In this document: one piece after another, positions 20,021 through 28,631 of the stretch | Layout: the number at the start of each line of letters is the position of its first letter | Position numbering within the stretch: the stretch's first letter is position 1 | The notes under the pieces: generated by a model | Seen by the model: the letters and a program-made list of their open reading frames with translations, nothing else | The model's database searches: none | Told to the model about the DNA's origin: nothing | Made by a program: the position numbers and the translations under genes | Assembly: GCA_039930045.1 (NCBI GenBank) | Contig: JBDSQB010000002.1 | Span: 262,286 to 326,285 of the forward strand | Length of the DNA stretch: 64,000 bases | DNA from: Chthoniobacterales bacterium | Lineage (GTDB): Bacteria; Verrucomicrobiota; Verrucomicrobiia; Chthoniobacterales; DASVRZ01 | Direction: 5' to 3'

Positions 20021-20622
20021 CCGCCCATTTGCACCGTCGTCGTCACCGTCACCATTTCGTTGTGACTCGACTCTAAAACCGGCAACGGCTGGTTCACGAT
20101 GTCGATCTCGGCTCCGAGACCGACGACATCGTAGAGTCGCATGACGTCCGCTGATCTCATGCGAATGCAGCCGTAGCTCGCCGGGGTTCCAATGCGCCAT
20201 TCCTCTGGAGTGCCGTGAATGTAAATCGTGCGGGCAAACGAATGCGCATTGCAACGTTCCATCCCATCCAGCCACAAGATTCGAGTTACAATCGGATCGC
20301 GCCCCGGCGTGTTGGGACGGAGGATTTCGCCGGTGGGACGGCGGCTTTTGAAGACGGCCCCGAGTGGTGCGCCGTCACCTATTTTCTTCTTAATCTGCAA
20401 TTTTCCCAGCGGAGTTGCATTGCTACCTTGGCGATCCCCGAGGCCAAATTTCGAGGTGGAAACGGGGTATTCCGCAATCAGCCGGCCATGCTCGAAGACA
20501 CGCATTCTCTGGTCGGGCACACTGACCAGAACCCTGTGATCGCGGTCGCGATGGGCGCAGCCGGAAAGCCAGCAGATCAGTGAGCAGATTGCTAAAAATC
20601 TAACAACAGAGTGGCGCATCAA
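20017..20622 (-). CDS. L,D-transpeptidase (YkuD) lipoprotein
   Basis: Signal/lipobox LSGC. Catalytic block HGTPEEWRIGTPASYGCIRM. Confidence 0.85.
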   Translation of the reverse strand: MMRHSVVRFLAICSLICWLSGCAHRDRDHRVLVSVPDQRMRVFEHGRLIAEYPVSTSKFGLGDRQGSNATPLGKLQIKKKIGDGAPLGAVFKSRRPTGEILRPNTPGRDPIVTRILWLDGMERCNAHSFARTIYIHGTPEEWRIGTPASYGCIRMRSADVMRLYDVVGLGAEIDIVNQPLPVLESSHNEMVTVTTTVQMGG

Positions 20623-20658
20623 CTTAATTTTCTAAGATAAATGAGAAAGTGAGCTTGG

Positions 20659-20675
20659 TTGGCAATCATTCTGCT
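20659..20675 (+). promoter_or_regulatory. Sigma54-like -24/-12 element: TTGGCAATCATTCTGCT
   Basis: GG at 20661-62 and GC at 20673-74 are separated by exactly 10 nt, as in TGGCAC-N5-TTGC. It sits 9 nt upstream of the annotated ATG, which would leave almost no leader. No enhancer-binding protein is present in the window. Confidence 0.25.
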
Positions 20676-20683
20676 TCTCAAGA

Positions 20684-22672
20684 ATGAGCGCAAAAGCCAT
20701 GACATCTGACAAAAACATAACATTACAGCCGGCAGGCCCGACGGATGCTACCTATCGCAGCATCGTGGAACATGCAATCGAAGGAATTTTCCAGACCACT
20801 CCCGATGGCCATTATTTGCTCGCAAACCCCGCTCTGGCATCGATTTACGGATATTCTTCGGTCGCCGAATTGTGCAGCGGAGTGCGGGAGATTGCCCGCC
20901 AGCTTTACGTCGAACCCACCCGGCGCAATGAGTTTCTCCAATTGATGAATGAGCAGGACGCGGTCTGGGGCTTCGAGTCTCCGATTCATCGCAAAGATGG
21001 GAGTGTGATTTGGATTTCCGAGAATGTGCGCGTGATTCGCGACGAAAATGGCGATGTTTCCTACTACGAGGGCACGGTCGAGGACATCTCGAATCGCAAG
21101 CACGCCGAGGAGCAGTTGCGCCGCGCCAAGGAAGCCGCCGAGGAAGCCAGCCGGTCGAAAAGCCAGTTTCTCGCAAACATGAGCCACGAGCTGCGCACAC
21201 CGCTCAACGCCATTATCGGCTACAGCGAATTGCTCCACGAGGAAGCCGAGGACATGGGCGAGAAAAGTTTCTGCGACGATCTGAAAAAAATCGAGAAAGC
21301 CGGCAAGCACCTGCTCGATCTCATTAATGGCGTGCTCGACATTGCCAAGATCGAGGCTGGCAAAATGGAAGTCCACGTGGAGGAATTCGACATCGCCGAA
21401 ATGCTCCAAGACGTCGGCAGCACGGTCACCCCGATCATTGAGAAAAAAGGCAACCGTCTCGTCATCGAAACCGCGCCCGGCTTGGGAAAAATGCAGACCG
21501 ACCTGACCAAGGTCCGCCAGTCGCTTTTCAATCTGCTCGGCAATGCGGGCAAATTCACCGAAAACGGCCTCGTCACTCTCTCGGCCCGCCGGCAGTCAGA
21601 CTCAGACAAAGACTGGATCATTCTCCAGGTGCGCGACACCGGCATCGGCATGACCAATGAACAAGCGTCGCGAATTTTTGAGGCATTCACCCAGGCTGAT
21701 TCGTCCACGACCCGGAAATTTGGCGGCACCGGGCTGGGGCTCACCATTACCCGCGAGTTCTGCCGCTTAATCGGCGGCGAGGCGACCGTCACGAGCACAC
21801 TGAAACTCGGCTCGACTTTCATGATCAAGCTGCCCGCGATTTTTTCCGCCGAGGATCAGCAGCCGGCCTCCATCACGTCATTCCAGATTGAGCCGGAAAT
21901 GGAAAACTCCGAGCAGCCGCTCGTGCTGCTGATCGACGACGATCTCACCATTCACGATCTGGTGAAACGCTTCCTGCACAAGGAAGGCTTCCGCACCATC
22001 TGCACGCAAAACGGCGCGGACGGACTCGACCTGGCCCGGCGCCTGCAACCGTCGGTCATTGTTCTCGACGTGATGATGCCGACGATGGACGGATGGTCCG
22101 TTCTTTCGCGGCTGAAAAGCGACCCGGTTTTATCTAACATCCCGGTCGTCATGCTCACCATGGTGGACGACAAGGCGATGGGCTACACTCTGGGCGTGGA
22201 CGATTACATGCTCAAGCCCATCGAGCGCGTGGATTTCGTGGGTGTGCTGCGCAAGTTTTGCGATCAGAACAACCCCGGAACGGTGTTAGTCGTCGAGGAT
22301 GATGACACCTCGCGCGAGCTGGTGCGCGACATGTTAGAAAAAGACCACTACACCGTCATCGAAGCTCGCAACGGCCTGGAAGGTCTCGAGCGACTCACGG
22401 GCGTGGTGCCGACCATGATCCTGCTCGATCTCATGATGCCCGAGATGGATGGCTTTGAATTTGCCGCTGCCGTCCGCAAAATCCCCAAGCTAACCAACGT
22501 CCCCATCGTGGTGATGACGGCAAAGGACATCACCTCGCAAGACCGCACCCGCCTCGAGGGCCATGTCGCGCGCGTCATGCAAAAAGGCCTCTATGGCCGC
22601 GACGATTTGCTTGCCGAAATCCGCTCACATATTTTGCGGGCGACTTCCAATCCAATGGTCGCCGCCGCCTGA
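20684..22672 (+). CDS. Hybrid sensor histidine kinase: PAS, HisKA, HATPase, REC, REC
   Basis: H-box MSHELRTPLNAIIGYSELL. HATPase motifs (NLLGNAGKFT, DTGIGM, GGTGLGL). Two receiver domains (LLIDDD..VLDVMMPTMDG and LVVEDDD..LLDLMMPEMDG). Confidence 0.88.
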   Translation: MSAKAMTSDKNITLQPAGPTDATYRSIVEHAIEGIFQTTPDGHYLLANPALASIYGYSSVAELCSGVREIARQLYVEPTRRNEFLQLMNEQDAVWGFESPIHRKDGSVIWISENVRVIRDENGDVSYYEGTVEDISNRKHAEEQLRRAKEAAEEASRSKSQFLANMSHELRTPLNAIIGYSELLHEEAEDMGEKSFCDDLKKIEKAGKHLLDLINGVLDIAKIEAGKMEVHVEEFDIAEMLQDVGSTVTPIIEKKGNRLVIETAPGLGKMQTDLTKVRQSLFNLLGNAGKFTENGLVTLSARRQSDSDKDWIILQVRDTGIGMTNEQASRIFEAFTQADSSTTRKFGGTGLGLTITREFCRLIGGEATVTSTLKLGSTFMIKLPAIFSAEDQQPASITSFQIEPEMENSEQPLVLLIDDDLTIHDLVKRFLHKEGFRTICTQNGADGLDLARRLQPSVIVLDVMMPTMDGWSVLSRLKSDPVLSNIPVVMLTMVDDKAMGYTLGVDDYMLKPIERVDFVGVLRKFCDQNNPGTVLVVEDDDTSRELVRDMLEKDHYTVIEARNGLEGLERLTGVVPTMILLDLMMPEMDGFEFAAAVRKIPKLTNVPIVVMTAKDITSQDRTRLEGHVARVMQKGLYGRDDLLAEIRSHILRATSNPMVAAA

Positions 22673-22690
22673 ACCTAACATTATTCTCTC

Positions 22691-23068
22691 ATGCCCAAGC
22701 TATTGTTAGTAGAAGACAACGAAATGAACCGAGACATGCTCCAGCGCCGTCTGCAGCGCCGGGGATTTGAAGTCCTCATCGCCGTCGATGGCGGCGAGGG
22801 AGTCGCCCTGGCCGTCGAGCAGACTCCCGACCTCATCATTATGGACATGAGCCTGCCCGTCCTTAATGGCTGGGAGGCCACCCGCCAGATCAAGAGCCTG
22901 CCTGCGGCAAAACATATCCCGGTACTAGCATTGACCGCCCACGCCATGGCCGGCGAACGCGACCGCGCCCTGGACGCGGGTTGTGACGACTACGACACCA
23001 AGCCGGTTGATTTTACCCGCCTAACTGGAAAGATAGACAAGCTCCTGCAAGGAATCGCCGCCTCCTAA
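22691..23068 (+). CDS. Single-domain response regulator (CheY-like)
   Basis: KLLLVEDNEMNRD, IIMDMSLPVLNGWE, DYDTKP. Confidence 0.88.
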   Translation: MPKLLLVEDNEMNRDMLQRRLQRRGFEVLIAVDGGEGVALAVEQTPDLIIMDMSLPVLNGWEATRQIKSLPAAKHIPVLALTAHAMAGERDRALDAGCDDYDTKPVDFTRLTGKIDKLLQGIAAS

Positions 23069-23069
23069 C

Positions 23070-25496
23070 ATGACCGCCCAACTCGATCTGCCGACACGAC
23101 CCGATTTGCAACATGAGTTGCACGATCTGCGCACACCGCTGAATCAGATCATCGGTTTCAGTGAAATGCTTCAGGAGATCGCGCAGGAGGAAGGCCGCCA
23201 CGATCTGCTCGATGGCCTCGCCACCGTCTGCTCGGCAGGCATCGAACTCACTTCGCTCCTCGCCGACACCCGCCTCATTTCGCTAACTAACAACGACGAC
23301 CAGGAATACTGGCCGCTCGTCGATGCGGTGCGCTCTCCGATCAGCCGCGTGTTAGGTTTCGCCGACCTCATTCTCGCCGAACCGCCCGAGGCGCATCTTT
23401 CCAGCTATAACGAGGACATCGAAAAAATCCGCACTGCCGCCGCCATGTTCTTCGTCAAGGCACGGGCGAGTCGCATTGTTATCCGGATCGAGGCCGCGCG
23501 CGACTGGACCGCAGGCACGCCACGCCAGACCACTAGCGCCAGCCCGGAAAGCGTGGGCCGCGTTCTCATCGTTGATGACGAAAATCTCAACCGTGAGATT
23601 CTCTGCCGCCGCTTGTTGCGTGAGGGCTACAGTTCGCTAGGAGTCGCCAGCGGACATGCCGCTCTGGAGGCTTTGCGGAAGGAGAAGTTCGACATCATTT
23701 TGTTAGACATCATGATGCCCGGAATCGGCGGCATCGAGGTCTTGCAAACTCTCAAGCAGGACGAGACCCTGCGCCATTTGCCCGTCCTCATGCTTTCCGC
23801 TCTGTCCGACGTGGATCGCGTCGCGCGCTGCGTCGAGTTAGGCGCGGATGACTATCTGCCCAAGCCTGTGAATGCGATCTTACTCCGTGCGCGCCTCGGT
23901 GCCTGCATGGAAAAGAAACGCCTGCGCGATCACGAGCAAGCCAGCTTGCGCGAATTGGACTCCGAAAAAGAACTTCTCAGCGTCACGCTGCAATCGCTGG
24001 TCGACGCCGTCGTCACCACCGATGCGGAAGGCCGCATCGTTCTCTTTAACAATGGCGCGACAGTCCTCACAGGCCGCTCCGCCAACACTGCGCGCGGGCA
24101 GTTTTTCGCCGACGTCTTCCCGATTTTTGACCGAACTAACAATCAGCCCGCGGCAGACATTGCACGCGAGGCATTGCAACTTCGCGCCGTCGTGGACACA
24201 CCGTCCGGCCACACAATGATCACGCCGCTCGGGGAGCGGATCATGGCCGCCCACGCCGCTCCGATCCAGGGCCACGATGGCGGCATCAAAGGCACGGTCG
24301 TCGTCATTCGCGACGTCACGGAAAAAGAAAAAATCGCCGAGGAAGTCCTGCGCTCCAGCAAGCTGGAATCCATCGGCGTACTAGCTGGCGGACTCGCCCA
24401 CGACTTTAATAACATGCTCACCGCCGTCATCGGCAATCTCTCCCTGCTGCGTCACGGCGTCGATCCCTCGCCCGACATCATGCATCGCCTCGACGAAGCC
24501 GAGGAAGGCGCGCTGCGAGCCCGCGATCTCGCGCAATATCTCCTAACCTTCGCCGAGGGCGGCGCGCCGCTGAAGAAAGTAGTCGAGCCTGCCGCGCTGC
24601 TTCGCGAGACCACTGAATTCGTCGTTCGCGGCTCGCGGGTCGATTGCGATTTTGAGCTGCCCGACGACCTCTGGAAAGTGGAGGCCGACCCCGGCCAGTT
24701 CACCCAAGCCGTCTCGAATGTCGTGATGAATGCCGCGCAAGCCATGCCCGAGGGCGGCACGATTTTCCTCTCCGCGGAGAACATCATGATCGAGGAAGAC
24801 AGCGATCTAACCTTGCCTGGCGGGGCCTACGTTTCCATCTCCATTTCCGACATGGGAGTGGGCATTCCGGCAGAACATCTGCCGCGCATTTACGATCCAT
24901 TTTTCACCACGAGAAACCAGGCGCGCGGACTCGGTCTGGCCGCGACCTATTCCATTATTCATCGCCACGGCGGCTTGATCGATGTCGAGTCCACGCCCGG
25001 TTACGGCACAAAAGTTCACCTGCTCCTGCCTGCGGTGGAAGTGGCTTCGGCCCCTGAACCATCGGAACACATTTCCACTCCTGGGCAGCCTGCCGAACCT
25101 CTCTCCGGCCAGCGTCTGCAACGCGTGCTCGTGATGGATGACGAGGCTTCCATTCGCGAAGTTTGCGCCGACTTGCTCAAGCTCCTCGACTACGAAGTCG
25201 TCACCACCAGCGACGGGGCCGAGGCGCTCGCCGTCTATCATCAGGCGCAACAAAGCGGTACTCCATTCGACCTCATCATCACCGACCTCACCGTCCCCGG
25301 CGGCATGGGAGGGGCCGAGGCTATGCGTCGTCTGCGCGAGAGTGGCTCGAAGGTACGCGCCATCGTTTCCAGCGGCTACTCGAATGGACCCGTCATGAGC
25401 CATCCCGCCGAATATGGGTTCCAGGGCGTGCTGCCCAAACCGTATCGTCTGCACGACCTCGAAGCCGTCCTGCAAAAGGTCGCCGCCGCTGGCTGA
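23070..25496 (+). CDS. Multidomain hybrid kinase: N-terminal ATPase-less H-box module, REC, PAS, HisKA, HATPase, REC
   Basis: N-terminal HELHDLRTPLNQIIGFSEML with no following ATPase. REC (VLIVDDENLN..LLDIMMPGIGG). PAS region. Second H-box GLAHDFNNMLTAV. HATPase (SDMGVGIP..GLGLA). C-terminal REC (VLVMDDE..ITDLTVPGGMGG). ATG lies 1 nt after the upstream stop. Confidence 0.85.
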   Translation: MTAQLDLPTRPDLQHELHDLRTPLNQIIGFSEMLQEIAQEEGRHDLLDGLATVCSAGIELTSLLADTRLISLTNNDDQEYWPLVDAVRSPISRVLGFADLILAEPPEAHLSSYNEDIEKIRTAAAMFFVKARASRIVIRIEAARDWTAGTPRQTTSASPESVGRVLIVDDENLNREILCRRLLREGYSSLGVASGHAALEALRKEKFDIILLDIMMPGIGGIEVLQTLKQDETLRHLPVLMLSALSDVDRVARCVELGADDYLPKPVNAILLRARLGACMEKKRLRDHEQASLRELDSEKELLSVTLQSLVDAVVTTDAEGRIVLFNNGATVLTGRSANTARGQFFADVFPIFDRTNNQPAADIAREALQLRAVVDTPSGHTMITPLGERIMAAHAAPIQGHDGGIKGTVVVIRDVTEKEKIAEEVLRSSKLESIGVLAGGLAHDFNNMLTAVIGNLSLLRHGVDPSPDIMHRLDEAEEGALRARDLAQYLLTFAEGGAPLKKVVEPAALLRETTEFVVRGSRVDCDFELPDDLWKVEADPGQFTQAVSNVVMNAAQAMPEGGTIFLSAENIMIEEDSDLTLPGGAYVSISISDMGVGIPAEHLPRIYDPFFTTRNQARGLGLAATYSIIHRHGGLIDVESTPGYGTKVHLLLPAVEVASAPEPSEHISTPGQPAEPLSGQRLQRVLVMDDEASIREVCADLLKLLDYEVVTTSDGAEALAVYHQAQQSGTPFDLIITDLTVPGGMGGAEAMRRLRESGSKVRAIVSSGYSNGPVMSHPAEYGFQGVLPKPYRLHDLEAVLQKVAAAG

Positions 25497-25538
25497 AGCC
25501 TTGCGAAACCAGCCGAGCCCGCTTAATTAGGGGCCGCC

Positions 25539-26351
25539 ATGCAGATTTCACTGGAAGACGCCTACACCGATGTCATCGCCAAGGCCCAGCGCGGCCTCGG
25601 CCTGGCCGACAGTCAGCTCGCGGAACAATCCGGAATCGCTCTCGCAGAACTCAAAAATCTCAAGTCCGGCCACGTCGATCCAGCCGTCCTGCAAGCCATC
25701 GCACCCGTGTTGCATTTGAGTTTGAGTGCACTCATCCAGCTCGCGGAGGGAAACTACCAGCCCGATGTTAGTCTGCCCGATGGGCTCGCCGTTTTCAACA
25801 CGCCCTACGAGGATTACACGGTGAATTCCTATCTCGTCTGGGATCCGGCCACACGCGATGCCATCGTCTTCGACACCGGTTCCGACGCCACGGAACTCCT
25901 CCACACCATCGTGTCCAATGGACTCAAAGTCCGCTCTATTTTACTAACCCACACGCACGGCGATCACGTCTTCGACCTGGACCGCGTTGTGGAAAAGACT
26001 GGCGCTCCCGTCTTTACTAACATTCGCGAACCACTGGAAGATGCAGCCCCTTTTTCCGAGGGAGCGACATTCGAATGCGGCTCGCTGCGTATTGGCACTT
26101 TGCTAACCCATGGACACTCCCCGGGCGGCACGACATTTGTCGTTTCTGGTTTGGAGAAACCCATCGCCATCGTCGGGGATTCCCTTTTCGCCGGCTCCAT
26201 GGGCGGATCAACCGCCTGGGAATTGGCGCTGACTAACAATCGCGAAAAGATTCTCACTCTTCCCCCAGAAACCATCATTTGCCCCGGTCACGGCCCGCTC
26301 ACCACAGTCGAGTTCGAGTTGAATCACAATCCCTTCTACGCGCCGCGATGA
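25539..26351 (+). CDS. MBL-fold metallo-hydrolase (glyoxalase II-like) with an N-terminal HTH-like segment
   Basis: THTHGDHV zinc motif, later HGHSPGG and PGHG. The first ~70 aa (LADSQLAEQSGIALAELKNLKSG) look like a Cro/XRE-type helix-turn-helix. Confidence 0.8.
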   Translation: MQISLEDAYTDVIAKAQRGLGLADSQLAEQSGIALAELKNLKSGHVDPAVLQAIAPVLHLSLSALIQLAEGNYQPDVSLPDGLAVFNTPYEDYTVNSYLVWDPATRDAIVFDTGSDATELLHTIVSNGLKVRSILLTHTHGDHVFDLDRVVEKTGAPVFTNIREPLEDAAPFSEGATFECGSLRIGTLLTHGHSPGGTTFVVSGLEKPIAIVGDSLFAGSMGGSTAWELALTNNREKILTLPPETIICPGHGPLTTVEFELNHNPFYAPR

Positions 26352-27439
26352 TCCGCCATCTCTATGTGCACATCCCGTTTTGCCCGAAGGTTTGTCCGTA
26401 TTGTTCCTTCTACAAGGAGGCCTCGGATCGCAACAAGACGCAGCGTTTCCTAGACGCGGTTCTATCCGAGTTAAATGCCGCTCAGAAGACACACCAGCTT
26501 CAACCTGAGACAATCTTTTTCGGCGGCGGCACTCCCACGGCGCTGAGCACACCGCAACTCAGCTATTTGTTGGAAGGTCTCCGCGAGCGGCTAGATATCA
26601 CGCATCTCCACGAATGGACTCTGGAGATGAATCCAGCCACGGTTTCCCTCGAGAAAGCGGCGCGGCTGCGGGAGCTGGGAGTCAATCGCGTGAGCATGGG
26701 CGTGCAGGCCTGGGACGAGGCGACTTTGAAAGCATTGGGCCGCGTCCATTCGGCGGAACAAGCCTTGCGCTCGTATCACATCTTGCGCGAGGCGGGTTTT
26801 TCTAACATCAACCTCGACCTCATCTTTGGCACTCCCGGACAAAGCCAGGAAGTCTGGTTCGACAACTTAAAAAAGACAATCGAGTTAGAACCGAATCACA
26901 TCTCCGCCTACTGTCTAACCTACGAAGAGGACACGGAGTTTTTTCGCCGCTTTCAAAGTGGCGAGTTGCAGCAGGATGAGAACGCCGACGCTGATCTCTA
27001 CGAGGGAAGCATCGCGATGTTAGAAGCCGCTGGCTACGTTCAGTACGAGACCTCGAACTACGCGCGCCCTGGATTCGAGTGTGAGCATAATCTGGCCTAT
27101 TGGTTAGGATACGATTATCTCGGGCTGGGCCCCAGTGCGTTCTCCACGGTCGGCAGTGCGCGCTGGAAAAATCTCCCCGACACCACGGCTTACTGCCAGC
27201 TCATCGAAAGCTGCGGAGAGGCGAAGTCTTTCCATGAATCCGTCACGCCCGAGATTCGTCACAGCGAGCTAGTCGCATTCGGGTTGCGCACGAATCGCGG
27301 CGTTTCGATGTTAGGACTTCCCCTGCCGCAGATCGCGCGCCTAACCGCAGATGGGTTTCTAACTCAAATGGAAGATCGCGTCTTCCTAACCAAACAAGGC
27401 CGGCTCGTCGCCGACAGCGTGGCCGAGCTGCTTATCTAA
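26348..27439 (+). CDS. hemW: Radical SAM family heme chaperone HemW (HemN-like, oxygen-independent coproporphyrinogen oxidase family)
   Basis: HIPFCPKVCPYCSFY CxxxCxxC motif, GGGTP, HemN_C-like tail. ATGA overlap with the upstream gene. Confidence 0.85.
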   Translation: MIRHLYVHIPFCPKVCPYCSFYKEASDRNKTQRFLDAVLSELNAAQKTHQLQPETIFFGGGTPTALSTPQLSYLLEGLRERLDITHLHEWTLEMNPATVSLEKAARLRELGVNRVSMGVQAWDEATLKALGRVHSAEQALRSYHILREAGFSNINLDLIFGTPGQSQEVWFDNLKKTIELEPNHISAYCLTYEEDTEFFRRFQSGELQQDENADADLYEGSIAMLEAAGYVQYETSNYARPGFECEHNLAYWLGYDYLGLGPSAFSTVGSARWKNLPDTTAYCQLIESCGEAKSFHESVTPEIRHSELVAFGLRTNRGVSMLGLPLPQIARLTADGFLTQMEDRVFLTKQGRLVADSVAELLI

Positions 27440-27440
27440 C

Positions 27441-28631
27441 ATGGCTTTTCAATTCGACGTCATCATCGTGGGAGCGGGACCGGCGGGCTCGGTTTGCGCC
27501 ACCGTCTGCGCGCGCCAGGGCATGAGAGTCCTCGTGATTGATCGTGAAAAATTTCCCCGCGACAAGGTCTGCGGCGACTGCCTGAATCCCGCCGCCTGGA
27601 AAGTGTTACAGCGCCTCGGCATCGACGAACGCATTCGTTCCCTGCCCCATTCGCCTCTGAAAAAGGTGCAGATTGCTACGATCAACGACCGCGTTTTCGA
27701 TTTCCCGCTGCATGGCGGCGAGGCGGGCGAGATCGGCATTCGGCGACGCGAGCTGGACCTGACTTTGATTCAAATGGCGCGTGCTGCCGGTGCGGCGTTT
27801 CTGGAAAACACAGCGGTGACTTCCGTCCAGGGGAACTGGCAGATCGAGGCGGGCGGCCGGCATTTCACCGCAAAGACGCTCGTCGCCGCAGACGGACGCA
27901 ACTCGACCGTGGCCCGGCTCCTCGGGATGATGCCCGCGCAGCAAAAAGACCGCGTCGGCATCCAGACGCACGTGCCGCTCGCGTCGCATCAATTCAACTC
28001 GGTTCGCATGCAACTCCACCCCGAGGGTTACAGCGGCGGCGCGAGCATCGGGGACAACCTTTGGAATCTCTGCCTAGTCGCCCGTGGCGAAAACATCGAG
28101 GCGCTCAAGCAGCGGGCCACGAAACTCTGGAAGCTCCCGTCGAACTTGCACTGGCGCAGCCTGACTCCACTCAGCCGCCGCCCGCTCCCTGCTGCGAAGG
28201 GCTCCCTATTTCTCGTCGGCGACGCCGCCCGCGTGGTGGAGCCTTTCACCGGCGAGGGAATTTATTACGCCCTCGCGAGTGGCGAACTGGCCGGACAAAA
28301 CATCACGCAGCCCGACGTTTACCGGAAAAAGCACGCCGAGCTTTATCGCGGTCGCCTCTGGGTCAATCAGCTTGCGAAATGGGCCGTGCTGCACCCAGTC
28401 GCCACGAGCTGGGCTCTGGAAAACCTCCCCGCTGAGCGGATTCTCAGTCACCTCACTGCCAAAGTGACCGCTCCTGTCGTGAAAACGCCTAGTAACCCGT
28501 CTCGCCGCCGCGATTTCCGCCCTTCTGGGGCACCTCGTGCGGGGCTTCCTGCTGACTACCCTTTTCAGGATGCCCATGTTCCTCGTGCAATGGTGCCGTT
28601 TCCTCCGCAGAATGACGTTCACACGCCGTAA
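27441..28631 (+). CDS. FAD-dependent oxidoreductase (geranylgeranyl reductase family)
   Basis: DVIIVGAGPAGS Rossmann motif, GDCLNP, and LVGDAARVVEPFTGEGI. The last ~55 aa are Pro/Arg-rich and overlap a convergent small gene, so the true C-terminus is uncertain. Confidence 0.8.
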   Translation: MAFQFDVIIVGAGPAGSVCATVCARQGMRVLVIDREKFPRDKVCGDCLNPAAWKVLQRLGIDERIRSLPHSPLKKVQIATINDRVFDFPLHGGEAGEIGIRRRELDLTLIQMARAAGAAFLENTAVTSVQGNWQIEAGGRHFTAKTLVAADGRNSTVARLLGMMPAQQKDRVGIQTHVPLASHQFNSVRMQLHPEGYSGGASIGDNLWNLCLVARGENIEALKQRATKLWKLPSNLHWRSLTPLSRRPLPAAKGSLFLVGDAARVVEPFTGEGIYYALASGELAGQNITQPDVYRKKHAELYRGRLWVNQLAKWAVLHPVATSWALENLPAERILSHLTAKVTAPVVKTPSNPSRRRDFRPSGAPRAGLPADYPFQDAHVPRAMVPFPPQNDVHTP

